Assembly: GCA_038087875.1 (NCBI GenBank)
Contig: CM075991.1
Coordinates: 9,488,001-9,552,000, forward strand
DNA from: Malacoraja senta
Lineage: Eukaryota
Direction of reading: 5' to 3'
Length of the DNA stretch: 64,000 bases
The notes below the pieces were generated by a model, which saw only the letters and a program-made list of their open reading frames with translations, had not been told where the DNA came from and ran no database searches. A program made the translations under genes and the position numbers. Positions 13,357 through 24,665 of the stretch are shown here, in pieces. Position 1 is the stretch's first letter. Each line of letters begins with the position of its first letter.

Positions 13357-13787
13357 ATGAATCATCCGGACTTTTCTATCCTGGGCCTCATCCACTGCAA
13401 ATTGGAGGAACAGCGCCTCATATTTTGCTTGGGCAGCTTACAAACCAGCAGTATGAATATTGACTACTCTAACTGTAATCCTTGCTTTCCCTCTCTCTCC
13501 ATCCCTCCCCATCCTAGTTCTCTAACTGTCCTCCTGATTAAATTCAACTTTGTATGTTTTGTTGTCATCTTCCTGTAACTAACAGTTTTCTATTCTACAT
13601 TTATTTTTGCCTTGATCGCCATCCCCCTTGATCTCTTGTTTTCACAGCTTACCCTTCCATATCTCAATGTCTCCCTCCCCCCTGACTCTGTCTGAAAAAG
13701 GGTCTCGACCCGAAACGTCACCCATTCCTTCTCTCCAGAGATGCTGCCTGTTCCGCTGAGTTACTCCAGCATTTTGTGTCTATCTTT
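13357..13787 (+). mobile_element. Degenerate Penelope-like element 3' fragment, second subfamily
   Basis: DFSILGLIHCKLEEQRLIFCLGSLQTSSMNIDYSN followed by pyrimidine-rich UTR and hammerhead-like motif at 13692-13719. Confidence 0.7.
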
Positions 13788-13799
13788 ACAGATCCCATA

Positions 13800-14130
13800 T
13801 GTTGCCTTATTGCACTTCTACAGGTGTGCGGTAGAGTCTATTGGTTGCATCAGGGCTTGGTTCAGCAATTTAAACACACACGAATGCAGATTACAATAGG
13901 TGGTCAACGCCTTTATGGGTACTGACCTCCCTAAGATGCAAGGAATACTTAGAAGGCGATTTCTCAAATAGGCAGCCAGAATCAAAGACCTGCACTATCC
14001 TAGCCACCTCTCTCACCATCGGGAAGAAGGTATAAAAATCTAAAAACCATGACCACCAGGTTCAAGAATAGCTTCTTCCCAACAACCATCAGGCTCTTTA
14101 GTACTACGAAACACGAACTTAACTATGAAC
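13800..14130 (+). mobile_element. Degenerate Rex1/Babar-like LINE 3' ORF fragment
   Basis: FYRCAVES and TTRFKNSFFPTTIRL motifs. Confidence 0.6.
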
Positions 14131-14517
14131 TATGCACCAAGGACTTTGAGCTTTTTTTACACTGGTATTGGGGGTTATTAATTAATTGAATGATTTTATT
14201 TTTTTAATTACCTAAGTGTATGAATATGCTGTTGAAGATAGACACAAAATGCTGGAGTAACTCAGCGGGTCAGGCAGCATCTTTGGAGAAAGGGAATAGG
14301 TGACGTTTCGGGTCGAGGGCCTTCTTCAGAGGAACTGGACGGCCGTTCTCTCACGGGAAATGGTGCTCGATCAGCCGGTGGTAACGCCACAGGGTCGAGA
14401 ATTTTACCCTAATCTCGGGCAGTATCCGTCTCATCCGCCCAACCTACGCGCTTAGAGTTGAGGGATGAATTTCCAGTCACAGGTGTGTTAATTTAGCACT
14501 TCTGATGAAATTCCTAT

Positions 14518-14802
14518 TATAGACAATAGACAATAGGTGGAGTAGGCCATTCGGCCCTTCGAGCCAGCACCGCCATTCAACGTGATCATGGCTGATCATC
14601 CCCAATCAGTACCCCGTTCCTGCCTTCTCCCCATATCCCCTGATTCCGCTATTTTTAAGAGCCCTATCTAGCTCTCTCTTGAAAGCATCCAGAGAACCTG
14701 CCTCCACCGCCCTCTGAGGCAGAGAATTCCACAGACTCACCACTCTCTGTGAGGAAAAGTGTTTCCTCGTCTCCTAAATGGCTTACTCCTTATTCTTAGA
14801 CT
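14518..14802 (-). mobile_element. CR1 LINE 3' fragment, (CTATTGT)n-tailed subfamily
   Basis: Matches copies at 37.1, 38.8, 47.3 and 58.2 kb. Confidence 0.85.
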
Positions 14803-15175
14803 GCCATTCTGCTAAAGACACGAAAAATGTGCGCCGAAAAATCTGGATTTCCAAATAGTAACGCCTTATCAGCACTGCACACATTTACAGCTTGCCTTCA
14901 TCCCGTGGCTCGTTGACTTTAACAGAGACAGTGGTTGCTTTTCGTACCGCGGTGTCGGCGAAGGCTACGAGCCTGCTTATTCGTGGTCAAATAAATCATC
15001 GTGAGCCACAATACAGCTCAAACGTTCACCAAATATTGTTGAACACTGAACGTTTCTGTACAAGAGGGAACCGTGCAGCCGGCGAGGCAACAATGCGACG
15101 CAGAAACGCCGGTGATATATTACATTTACACGCCGTTGTTAGTCGGCGACACATGCACAGTTTGCCCTTAAAGTG

Positions 15176-15248
15176 TTAAAGAAGGAACTGCAGATGCTGG
15201 AAAATCGAAGGTACACAAAAATGCTGGAGAAACTCAGCGGGTGCAGCA
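15176..15248 (-). mobile_element. 73-bp PLE terminal-repeat insertion with 19-bp TSD
   Basis: ACAGTTTGCCCTTAAAGTG at 15157-15175 and 15249-15267. Confidence 0.8.
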
Positions 15249-15464
15249 ACAGTTTGCCCTTAAAGTGCTTGTCTGATCATTTAAGATGTGGTCGTTCTGC
15301 AAATCACCACGACGGTCAGCAGATGCCAGCTGTCAGAGAGAGTCTATGTACCAGAGAGTCACTTAGATTCTGTTAAAACTTGAAGCGGCCCTTCCTTCGC
15401 TGAAATGTAACCATTGATGGCGAGGGGCTGGTCTGCTACCGATCTACACGCCACACTCGAATAG

Positions 15465-15805
15465 GGAGAGGCCTGGATGTGGAGAGGATGTTTCCACCAG
15501 TGGGAGAGTCTGGGACCAGAGGCCATGACCTCGGAATTAAAGGACCTACCTTTAGAAAGGAGATGAGAAGGTATTTCTTTAGTCAAGAGGGTGGTGAATC
15601 TGTGGAATTCATTGCTACAAGCGGCTGTGGAGGCCACGACAATGGATATTTTTAAGGCAGAGATTGACAGATTCTTGATTAGTTAAAGGGTGTCAGGGGT
15701 TATGGGGAGAAGGCAGGAGAATGGGGTTGAGAGGAAAACACATGGTTGAATGGCAGAGTGGACTTGATGGGCCGAATGGCCTAATTCTGCTCCTATGACT
15801 TATGA
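15465..15805 (+). mobile_element. CR1 LINE 3' fragment
   Basis: gtggagaggatgtttccaccagtgggagagtct..gggccgaatggcctaattctgctcc. Confidence 0.8.
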
Positions 15806-15807
15806 TC

Positions 15808-16092
15808 GCCATAAGGATGAGAAGGCGTTTCTTCCCAGAGGCCATTCGGACTGTAAACTCCTGTCTCACCAGAGACTAACTTTACTGAACCAATTTACTG
15901 TTGCGTGGTGTCTTTTTTAAATTGCTGTTTTTTCTTTTTTCTCCTCCCACAAATATGTAATATGTGAATATGTGTTTCTGTTCCATTCCGTTTTGTCGTT
16001 TTTTTGCACAATCCACAAGCATTGCCACTTCTCATTTCACTGCAAATCTCGTATGTGTATTTGACGAATAAACTTGACTTGACTTGACTTGA
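15808..16092 (+). mobile_element. Rex1/Babar-like LINE 3' end with (GACTT)n tail
   Basis: RRRFFPEAIRTVN, then aataaac(ttgac)n. Confidence 0.6.
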
Positions 16093-16788
16093 TAAGAGCA
16101 TAAGACATTGGAACAGAATTGAGCCGTTCGGCCCATCAAATCTACACCTCTATTTGATCGTTGCTGATCTAGTTTTCCCTCTCCTACCTTCTCATCGTAA
16201 CCTTTGGTGCCCTTAGTGATCAAGCGTGCACTGGGGGCAAATTGAAGATACATTTGTGTTTGGATTTATTATTGTCACGCGTGCCGAGGTACAGTGAAAA
16301 GCTTTGTTTAACATGCTAGCCCAGCGGATCAGATATACCCCCATACAGTCAAATACAATCAACTCAAACGCATGTACAATGGATGCGAAATAGAGATCTC
16401 AGCATTGTAGCGCTGCAATTCCATAGACAAAGTCCAATGTCCACAATTGGGTAGAAGTGAAATGGATAGTACCCTGGCTTATGGAAGGACCGCACAATCC
16501 AGAAATTCCTGAAATTTGCAAATAATTAGCACTGGTGTTTCCAGACCAGGCCTCCATCTGAAGAAGGATTCGGACAAAACATCACCCACCCTTTTTCTCC
16601 AGAGATGCTGCCTGAGTTACTCTGAGTTACTCCAGCACTTTGTGTCTGATCTTCGCAATAAGCACCGATCTGAGCCATCTCGACTAACTGCCGGAGGAAT
16701 TCAGTGATCCAGGCAGCGTCTGTGGTGGGGAAGCTCGTTCACAATTGCAAACTGGTCCATGCTGGTCAGACCAGAGATGTTGCAAGTG

Positions 16789-17397
16789 AAAAAAGACGAT
16801 GGGAATATAATAGAGTTAGATAATCAGTTTGTGCTGGAAGGAACTGCAGATGCTGATTTAAACCGAAGATAAGACGCAAAATGCTGGAGTAACTCAGCGG
16901 GACAGGCGGCATCTCTGGAGAAAACGAATAGTTTCGAGTCGAGACCCTTCTTCAGACTGAGAGTCAGGGGAGAGGGAAACGAGAGATATAGATGGGGTAG
17001 TACAGAGTCTGAAGAAGGGTCTCGACCCCAAACATCACCTATCCATGTTCTCCAGAGATGCTGCCTGGACAACCAGCATTAAACAAAGGACGCAAAGTGC
17101 TGGAGTAACTCAGCGGGCCAGGCAGCATCTCTGGAGAACATGGATAGGTGATGTTTGGGGTCGAGACCCTTCTTCAGACTCTGTACTACCCCATCTATAT
17201 CTCTCGTTTCCCTCTCCCCTGACTCTCAGTCTGAAGAAGGGTCTCGACTCGAAACTATTCGTTTTCTCCAGAGATGCCGCCTGTCCCGCTGAGTTACTCC
17301 AGCATTTTGCGTCTTATCTTCGGTTTAAATCAGCATCTGCAGTTCCTTCCAGCACAAACTGATTATCTAACTCTATTATATTCCCATCGTCTTTTTT
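16789..17397. repeat. Perfect 280-bp inverted repeat with 49-bp spacer
   Basis: 16789-17068 is the reverse complement of 17118-17397; the ORF track gives identical peptides on opposite strands. Confidence 0.95.
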
Positions 17398-17860
17398 AAA
17401 TACACCTCTACCAGTCACCAAATAACCCAGGGGAAACAATCGCAGCCTATCCAAGCGTCAACTCCAAGGTCCGGCAGTTATTGATGGCAGTCGAGTCGAC
17501 AAGAGTATTGCCTCAAATGACCCAGCGGAGAGCCACAGGCAGTTAGCATCATTGCAACTGTTCATCACTTCGCTGTCTGAGCCGGTACATTCTAGAAACA
17601 GCGAGGATCGTTGTGCGGAGACTGCTAGCGAGTGGAGAACGAGCTCATGTTCTGACCCTGGAGGGAATTCGCCGGGGAGAGAGATTCGATACCCCACGGA
17701 GTAAAATGTAAGTGTGCTGGGGATGGGAATACTGTTGGGAATCTCGGGGCAGTGTCTGTGCTGGCGGAGGGACAGGGTGGCGCGTTTTAACTTACACTGG
17801 AATATCACAGTCCACAGTACTGTTTGAAACTGACGCTTGAAACCCGATAGAAGTCACATC

Positions 17861-18123
17861 TACAGCGCCAGAGACCCCGGTTCGATCCTGACCACGGGTG
17901 CTGCCTGTACGGAGTTTGTGCTTTCTCCCCGTGACCTCGTGGGGTTTCCCCCGGGTGCTCAGGTTTCCTCCCACACGCCGAAGACGTACAGGCTTTCAGG
18001 TTAATTTGACTTCGATAAACACTGTAAATTGCCCCTAGTGTGTAGGGTGGTCGCTGATCGGCGCTGACCCGGCGGGCCGAAGGGCCTGTTTCTATGCTGT
18101 ATTTCTAAACTAAGCTAAACTAA
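17861..18123 (+). mobile_element. tRNA-derived SINE (HE1-like), 5'-truncated
   Basis: B box, core and (CTAAA) tail. Confidence 0.8.
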
Positions 18124-18811
18124 TAGACACAAAAAAATGCTGGAGGAACTCAGCGGGTCAGGGAGCATCTCTGGAGAAAATGAACAGGTCTCTTGAGACC
18201 CGTCTCGACCCGAAACGTCGCCCAATCCTTCTCTCCAGAGATGCTGTCTCTGTCCCGCTGAGTTACTCCAGCATTTTGTGTCTATCTCCGGGGTAAACCA
18301 GCGTCTGCCCTTCCTTCCTAAACTAAACTAATGCCGGACTCACTTTTCTTTTCTGCTCTAGAAGGCGTGATAAACTGGAGAACATCTTGTTCAATAATCC
18401 TCTCGCACTCCCACGCTCCGGTGTCGTTTCCCCATCGTTCATTCCGATTATCAGAATGTCCTTCTGGTAAACTGACGGCAGCAACACAGGGCGGAGCGAG
18501 AGGTCAGTGCGTGCGAAACACTGTCGAAATCGACAGCCCTGTGGTTGGGATTGAACTGAGCTTTCCGCTTGTTAGGGGAGGGACAAGTAGATGATATGTG
18601 GGTGGGGGGTGGAGGGGAAGGGGGAGGGTGGTGGTGAAGGTTATAGGGATTGACTTTAAGTGTCAGCTGGAAGTCCACACGGTCCGCGCTTCGGCGAAGA
18701 AGGGTCTCTACCCGAAACGTCGCCCATTCCTTCTCTCCAGAGAGGCTGCCTCTCCCGCTGAGTTACTCCAGCATTTCCTGGCTGTCTTGGGTGTAAACCA
18801 GCTTCCTACCC

Positions 18812-18846
18812 ATTTTACTTCCGTGCGCCTTTCCCCCTTCCTACAG
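18812..18846 (+). promoter_or_regulatory. Putative splice acceptor in front of the first coding exon (implies upstream non-coding exon)
   Basis: ttttacttccgtgcgcctttcccccttcctacAG|G, 178 nt upstream of the ATG. Confidence 0.55.
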
Positions 18847-19024
18847 GACTTTGTTGGCGGTGGGGATAAGCCGGGAATTGGGAAGTGGACCTGTCGATTC
18901 CTCGCCAAGCCACCGGGAGGGAACTCGCTCGCCCTCTGCCCTCTCCACCAGCCGCGCGGGGTCCCAGCGCCGAGTTGGAGGCGTTTCCCTGGAAGTTCCT
19001 TGGAAGGCGAGATCTCCGGATGAA

Positions 19025-19937
19025 ATGGGTCTCCTCTCCGAGAACAAGAGCTGGGTGGTGATCGTGAACTGCACCTCCTGCGGTCACTCGGTGAACCCCT
19101 TCCGGGCCGTGGCTTTGGGGGTGGTGCTGGGCTCCTTCATCCTCTTCGCGATCTTGGGCAACATCTTGGTGGTCCTCGCGGTGGCTCTCCACAGGAACCT
19201 GCAGACGGTCACCAATTACTTCATCATCAACCTGGCCATCGCGGACCTCCTCCTCAGCTGCTCCGTGCTGCCCTTCTCGGCCACGCTGGAGATCCTGGGC
19301 TACTGGACATTTGGCCGCGTCTTCTGCAACATGTGGGCTGCCATGGATGTCCTCTGTTCAACCGCCTCCATTCTGAGTCTGTGCGTTATCTCCATCGACA
19401 GGAACATTGGAGTGAGCTACCCCTTGAGACACCCAACTATCATGACCGAGAAGAGGGCCCTGTTGACACTGGTGGCGGTTTGGTCGCTGGCCCTGGTGAT
19501 ATCTGTCGGACCATTGTTTGGTTGGAAAGAACCTCCTCCAGACGACGAGGCCATCTGCAGGATCACGGAGGAACCGGGCTACGTCTTGTTCTCGGCCTTT
19601 GGGTCCTTCTACGCCCCCTTGACCGTCATCCTCGTTATGTACTGCAGGGTCTACATCGTAGCCAAGCGAGAAACCAAGAGTCTGTACGCTGGGACCAAGA
19701 GAGAGAGACTGCGGGCGGACCAAGTTACGCTGCGCATCCACCGCAAAGACAACCAGGCGGAGAGCTCTCCTCGACTCTCCGAGCACGGCTCCAAAAGCAA
19801 AGGCACTCAGATTAAGTCACACTTATCCATCTTGCTTCTCAAGTTCTCCAGAGAGAAGAAGGCCGCCAAGACTTTGGGAATAGTGGTTGGAGGCTTCATA
19901 CTATGCTGGCTTCCGTTCTTTGTGGTTCTCCCAATAG
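19025..19937 (+). CDS. ADRA1A: Alpha-1A adrenergic receptor-like GPCR, coding exon 1 (N-terminus to TM6)
   Basis: ATG at 19025 in strong Kozak context (gaaATGg). Translation [10 protein letters not shown]...GNILV...NLAIADLL...[12 protein letters not shown]...[12 protein letters not shown]...WKEP...FSAFGSFY...[17 protein letters not shown]...[12 protein letters not shown] aligns with alpha-1 adrenoceptors. Ends at donor ATAG|GTAAG, the conserved alpha-1 intron position. Symbol is ADRA1A-like; orthology not proven. Confidence 0.93.
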
Positions 19938-19943
19938 GTAAGG

Positions 19944-20338
19944 ATCGTATAGAAACATATAAAATTATAAAAGGACTGGACAAGCTGGATGCAGGAAAAA
20001 TGGTCCCAATGTTGGGCGAGTCCAGAACCAGGGGCCACAGTCTTAGAATAAAGGGTGGGGGGGGGGGTCATTTAAGACTGAGGTGAGAAAAAACGTTTTC
20101 ACCCAGAGAGTTGTGAATTTGTGGAATTCCCTGCCACAGAGGGCAGTGGAGGCCAAGTCACTGGATGGATTTAAGAGAGAGTTAGATAGAGCTCTAGGGG
20201 CTAGTGGAGTCAAGGGATATGGGGAGAAGGCAGGCACGGGTTATTGATAGGGGACGATCAGCCATGATCACAATGAATGGCGGTGCTGGCTCGAAGGGCC
20301 GAATGGCCTCCTCCTGCACCTATTTTCTATGTTTCTAT
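19944..20338 (+). mobile_element. CR1 (HER1-like) LINE 3' fragment inserted in the splice donor
   Basis: [28 protein letters not shown]1 ORF2 end; (CTATGTTT) tail; GTAAGG on both sides. Confidence 0.9.
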
Positions 20339-21050
20339 GTAAGGGCGCATTTTGTTTCGAGTAGTAAGTTTAGGCTGGTGTTGCCGAGGTTAGTGCACGT
20401 TGACCATTATATGCATCGCGTAAACTGCACACTGCCCCCATCCGACCTTGAGATACCTCGCCTCGGTGTCCAAAACACTCTCATATCTTATCTCGTTATC
20501 AGATAAATACTATGTCTGACCGCGGCGCGTAAATCAATTGAGTCGCCCATTGCCATAAATTCATTCCAATTTGAAACATTGATAGCCAAGACCAAACCAG
20601 ATCTTGCAGGACAAGGACGATGAAGGAGGGTCTCGACCAGAAACGTCACCCATTCCTTCTCGCCAGCGATGCTGCCTGTCCCGCTGAGTTACTCCAGCAT
20701 TTTGTGTCTGCCTTCGATTTAAACCCGCATCTGCAGTTCTATCCACCACATTTGTCAATTGAATGATGAACGCTCGCATTTAAAGAGGCTGATATACCGA
20801 GCAGCTACCGTCTGATAGGAATTCGCAGTTGACTTCCAACGTCCTTGGTACTTACTTCGAAGCACATCATAAAATAGGCCGGTCAACGTGGTTTTGTGAT
20901 CTTGAGATCTTGCCCGACCAACCTGTTGGAATTCTTTGAGGAAGTAAATAGCAGGATAGACAAAGGAGAGGCAGTGGGTGTCGAACATAGGCACAAAAAG
21001 CTGGAGTAACCCAGCGGGTCAGGCAGCATCTCTGGAGAGAAGGAACGGGT

Positions 21051-21078
21051 GACGTTTCGGGTGGAGACCCTTCTTCAG
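21051..21078 (-). ncRNA. Minimal hammerhead ribozyme motif, antisense to the gene
   Basis: CUGAAGA-A-GGGU-CUCC-ACCC-GAAAC-GUC. Confidence 0.5.
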
Positions 21079-21115
21079 ACTGAGAGCCAGGGGGAAAGGG
21101 AAACGAGAGATATAG

Positions 21116-21118
<3 letters not shown>

Positions 21119-21204
<86 letters not shown>
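21119..21204. repeat. (GA)n microsatellite
   Basis: About 43 units with one interruption. Confidence 0.95.
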
Positions 21205-21413
21205 TAGAACAGGTGAATGAAAGATATGCGGAAAAGTGACGACGATAAAGGAAACAGGCCATTGTTAGCTGTGGGCGAGGTGAAAACAAGTTACAATCCG
21301 TGGATGTCATTGACCTGAATATTCAGAAGGCCTTCGATAAGGTACCCAGTGAGGCTGCTGAAGAAGATGAGAGTCCATGGTATCCAGAGGGAAGATGCCA
21401 GCATGGATAGCAG

Positions 21414-21592
21414 ACAAAATGTGTCGGAAGGAACTGCAGATGCTGGTTTAAACCGAAGATAGAGACTTAATGCTGTTGTAACTCAGCGGGACAGGCAGCA
21501 TCTCTGGAGAGAAGGAATGGATGAATGGTCTTGACCAGAAACGTCACCCATTCATTCCTTCTCTCCAGAGATGCTCTCCAGAGAGTCTATCT
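21414..21592. mobile_element. PLE terminal-repeat fold-back insertion with 15-bp TSD
   Basis: CAGCATGGATAGCAG at 21399-21413 and 21593-21607. Confidence 0.75.
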
Positions 21593-23484
21593 CAGCATGG
21601 ATAGCAGGTTGGCTGAACGGCAGAAGGCAAGGGGTAGCAATAAAGGGGGTCCTTTTCTGGTTGTCTGCCAGTGACTAGCGGTGTTCCACAGGGTTTTCCA
21701 CCCCAGCATAAGAACATCAAAGAGTTGCAGGTCCTTGATGTTTTAAACAAAAAAAAGGGAAAATGCTGGAACTCCTCAGCAGTTTCTAGGGACAGTGAAA
21801 TAATGTTAAGGTTTCAGATGGAAAACCTTCTCACCCTGCTGAATGTGTCCAGCATTTCCTGTTTTTATTTCTCTTGATGATGTCCTTCATGCAAGCCAAG
21901 ACAACGCTATATTTGGCCAAACACTATTCCAAATACTAAAATTGTACGGCTGTCTGAATAAGCTACAACTTTTGTAACATTGTCAGCGCCAAAACATGCT
22001 GCCGCTTGTGTACTGCCCAGGTGAGGTCTGCTGCATGATTTTACCGGGTTGCATGCCAAACAAAGCACTTCACTGTACCTAGGTACACGTGAGAAGAAAG
22101 CATTATTCAATCATTGAAGTGTCCCGACTTGAAACGTCACCTATCCATGTTCTCCAGAGATGCTGCCTTACCTGCAGAGATACTCCAGCACATTGTGCCT
22201 TGGTTCTACAGCTTGTCTAGTAACATGTCCCGTTAAACTGTGTGCTAAGCCCTTTCGTTATCTCATTTCTTCTGCTCACTCCATCCTTCTCTAGTCATCT
22301 TGTTGTGTCCCGACTTTCTCCAATTCGGACCTACCTGCCTGTTTGTACCAGTTGCCAGAGTGTCAGCTCTCTAAAGCCACACTGGTGGAGTTTTAAACTC
22401 TCTTTCTGTTTTAATCAGTTTTGCTTTTATTTTCTCATTTCAAATTTCCCTCTTCTATGTAGTCAGCTAACTCTTCTTGAGGCAGAGGGTGGTGAATCTA
22501 TGGAGCTCTTTGCCACAGAAGGCTGTGGAGGTCAAGTCAATGGATATTTTTAAGGCAGAGATAGATAGATTCTCGATTAGTACGGGGTTATGGGGAGAAG
22601 GCAACAGAATAGGGTTAGGAGGGAGAGATCGATCAACCATGATTAAATGGTGGAGTAGACATGATGGGCTGAATGGCCTAATTCTGCTCCTATCACATGA
22701 CCTTATGTAAAAAATATATATGTAAAATACAGCACACACAGAATAGACACACACTACACTCACACATCCTTTGTCACTGCCTGGAACATTAATTCTATTC
22801 CTTTTTCCATGGATGCTGCCTGACCTGCTGAGCATTGCCAGCTTTTTGTTTTTATTTGTCTGATCCAGACTCATTTCTCCTAACCTGTTAAATAAGAACA
22901 GCAGAGGTTTGGGCTACAATTACTGAGAGCAGAGTCAGGGAAAACCTTGAGATGAATTAAAACTGACAGAATGGAAATTTCAGATAATGACAAGAAGTAT
23001 TAGCGTTCTGCTGACGAGTCACGTCTGAAGGGAAAAGACTTGTTAAGCCACCTCATCCTGGAACGATGCTGCCCTGTTGAGCTCGGTGATTTAAGCTGCT
23101 GGAGCAATGGAAAATTAATAGACCAATTTCAAGATGGGTCAAGGTCCATTGACTAAGTGTTGCTGTGGTTAGAATGATGTAAAAAAAGCATTTCAGAAAG
23201 TGAAGCATTCAGTCTGGAGGAGCATATGTTGGAACAGCGGGGAACAAGGGACAGGGATTGCCTGTTGCCATGTAGGATAGGGAACAAATACAGGAGGCAA
23301 TTGAAGCCTCACAAAAGCAAGGGATGAACATAACAAAAACATGGTGTATGCGTGTGTTATATAAATGGGCACATATGCGAAAGTACAATACATCCATTAT
23401 CTTACGTGGAAATGCAAAACTAAGAGATAAAAGCAAAAGCGATTAAAACAGAAAGGGAGGTGCAGCTTTAGAGAGTAGCGAGTT

Positions 23485-23799
23485 TAATTTAGTTCCATTT
23501 GAGGATAGAGTGCAGAAACAGGCCCTTCGGCCCATTGAGTCTGTGCCAACCAGTGATCCCCACACACTAACACCATCCTACACACTAAAGATAATCACAA
23601 TCTTTTACCAAAGGTAGTTAATGCACAAACCTGCTCTCTTGGGAGAGAGGGGGGAGGAAACCGGAGCACCCAGAGAAATCCAACGCGGTCACAGGGAGCA
23701 CATGCAAACTCCGTAAGGACAGCACCCGTAGTCAGCATCTAACCCAGGCCTCTGGTGCTGTAAGACAGCAGCTCTACCGCTGTGCCACTGTGCCACCCA
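23485..23799 (-). mobile_element. tRNA-derived SINE (HE1-like)
   Basis: Consensus match. Confidence 0.8.
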
Positions 23800-24377
23800 T
23801 TCTTTTACACACATACATTATCTTGCATGGAGGAACGAAACTGAAATAAAACCAACACTGCTTAAAACAGAAAGAGGTGTAAACCCCACATGTGCAGCTT
23901 TAGAGAGTAGAGTGTCTCTGGCAAATAGTGCAAACAGCTAAGTCTGAAGAAGGGTCTCAACCCAAAACATAGTCTCTCCATTCCACTCCACAGATGCTGC
24001 CTGACCTGCTGAGTTCCGCCAGCACTTTGTTTTTAACTAAATCTCTGTTGTTCTAAAGTGTGCTTGGTCTTCATGCCTGAAAGAACTTGATCAAATGTCA
24101 TTGAAGAGATGGATACCTCCTTGCCCGAGGTATATTTCTCCTGTTTTTGTGCATTTCATCAATTACTGAGTCTAGCTGCCACAGTGATTGTGGTTTCCAG
24201 GGTTATTGAACTCAGTTGGTTAAGGAAACATTGACGCGAGGAAATTGTGCAGGTATCCGCACAGTGAGGGAACATAAAAGAAAAAGTGAGTTATTAATGC
24301 AAATGTGTAACCAGTCAAGGAAGAGGCAGAGATATCAAGAGCTATTCTGTACTGTCAGAGGAAGTCTTGAGATGAAT

Positions 24378-24665
24378 TTAGACTTCACTTCAGAGATACA
24401 GCGTGGAAACAGGCCCTTCGGCCCACTGAGTCCGCGCTGACCAGCGATCTCCCCACACACTAGCACCATCCTACACAACAGGGACAATTTACAGAAGCCA
24501 ATTTACCTACAAACCTGCACATCTTTGAAGTGTGGGAGGAAACCGGAGCACCCAGAGAAAACCCACACGGTCACAGGGAGAACATAAAACTCCGTACAGA
24601 CAGCAGCCATGGTCAGGATCAAAGCCGCAAGGCAGTAACTCTATCACTGTGCCACTGTGCTGCCC
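24378..24665 (-). mobile_element. tRNA-derived SINE (HE1-like)
   Basis: Consensus match. Confidence 0.8.

Larger units (their letters stand above)
17450..19760 (+). promoter_or_regulatory. CpG/GC-rich zone covering the putative promoter, 5'UTR and exon 1
   Basis: Visibly more CG dinucleotides in non-repeat sequence than in the flanks; TSS cannot be located. Confidence 0.45.
20983..21298 (-). mobile_element. PLE terminal-repeat/3'UTR fragment with expanded (GA)n, inserted in a CR1 RT fragment
   Basis: pLTR consensus and hammerhead motif; flanked by gtgggtgtc / gtggatgtc near-duplication. Confidence 0.65.
20890..21690 (+). mobile_element. CR1 reverse-transcriptase-domain fragment split by two PLE insertions
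   Basis: TNLLEFFEEVNSRIDKGEAV / QKAFDKVP / VTSGVPQG motifs. Confidence 0.75.

Noticed and set aside
18851..19024. 58-codon N-terminal extension of the receptor in the ORF track
   Set aside because: Starts at TTG and has no receptor similarity; the ATG at 19025 matches alpha-1A N-terminus length and Kozak context.
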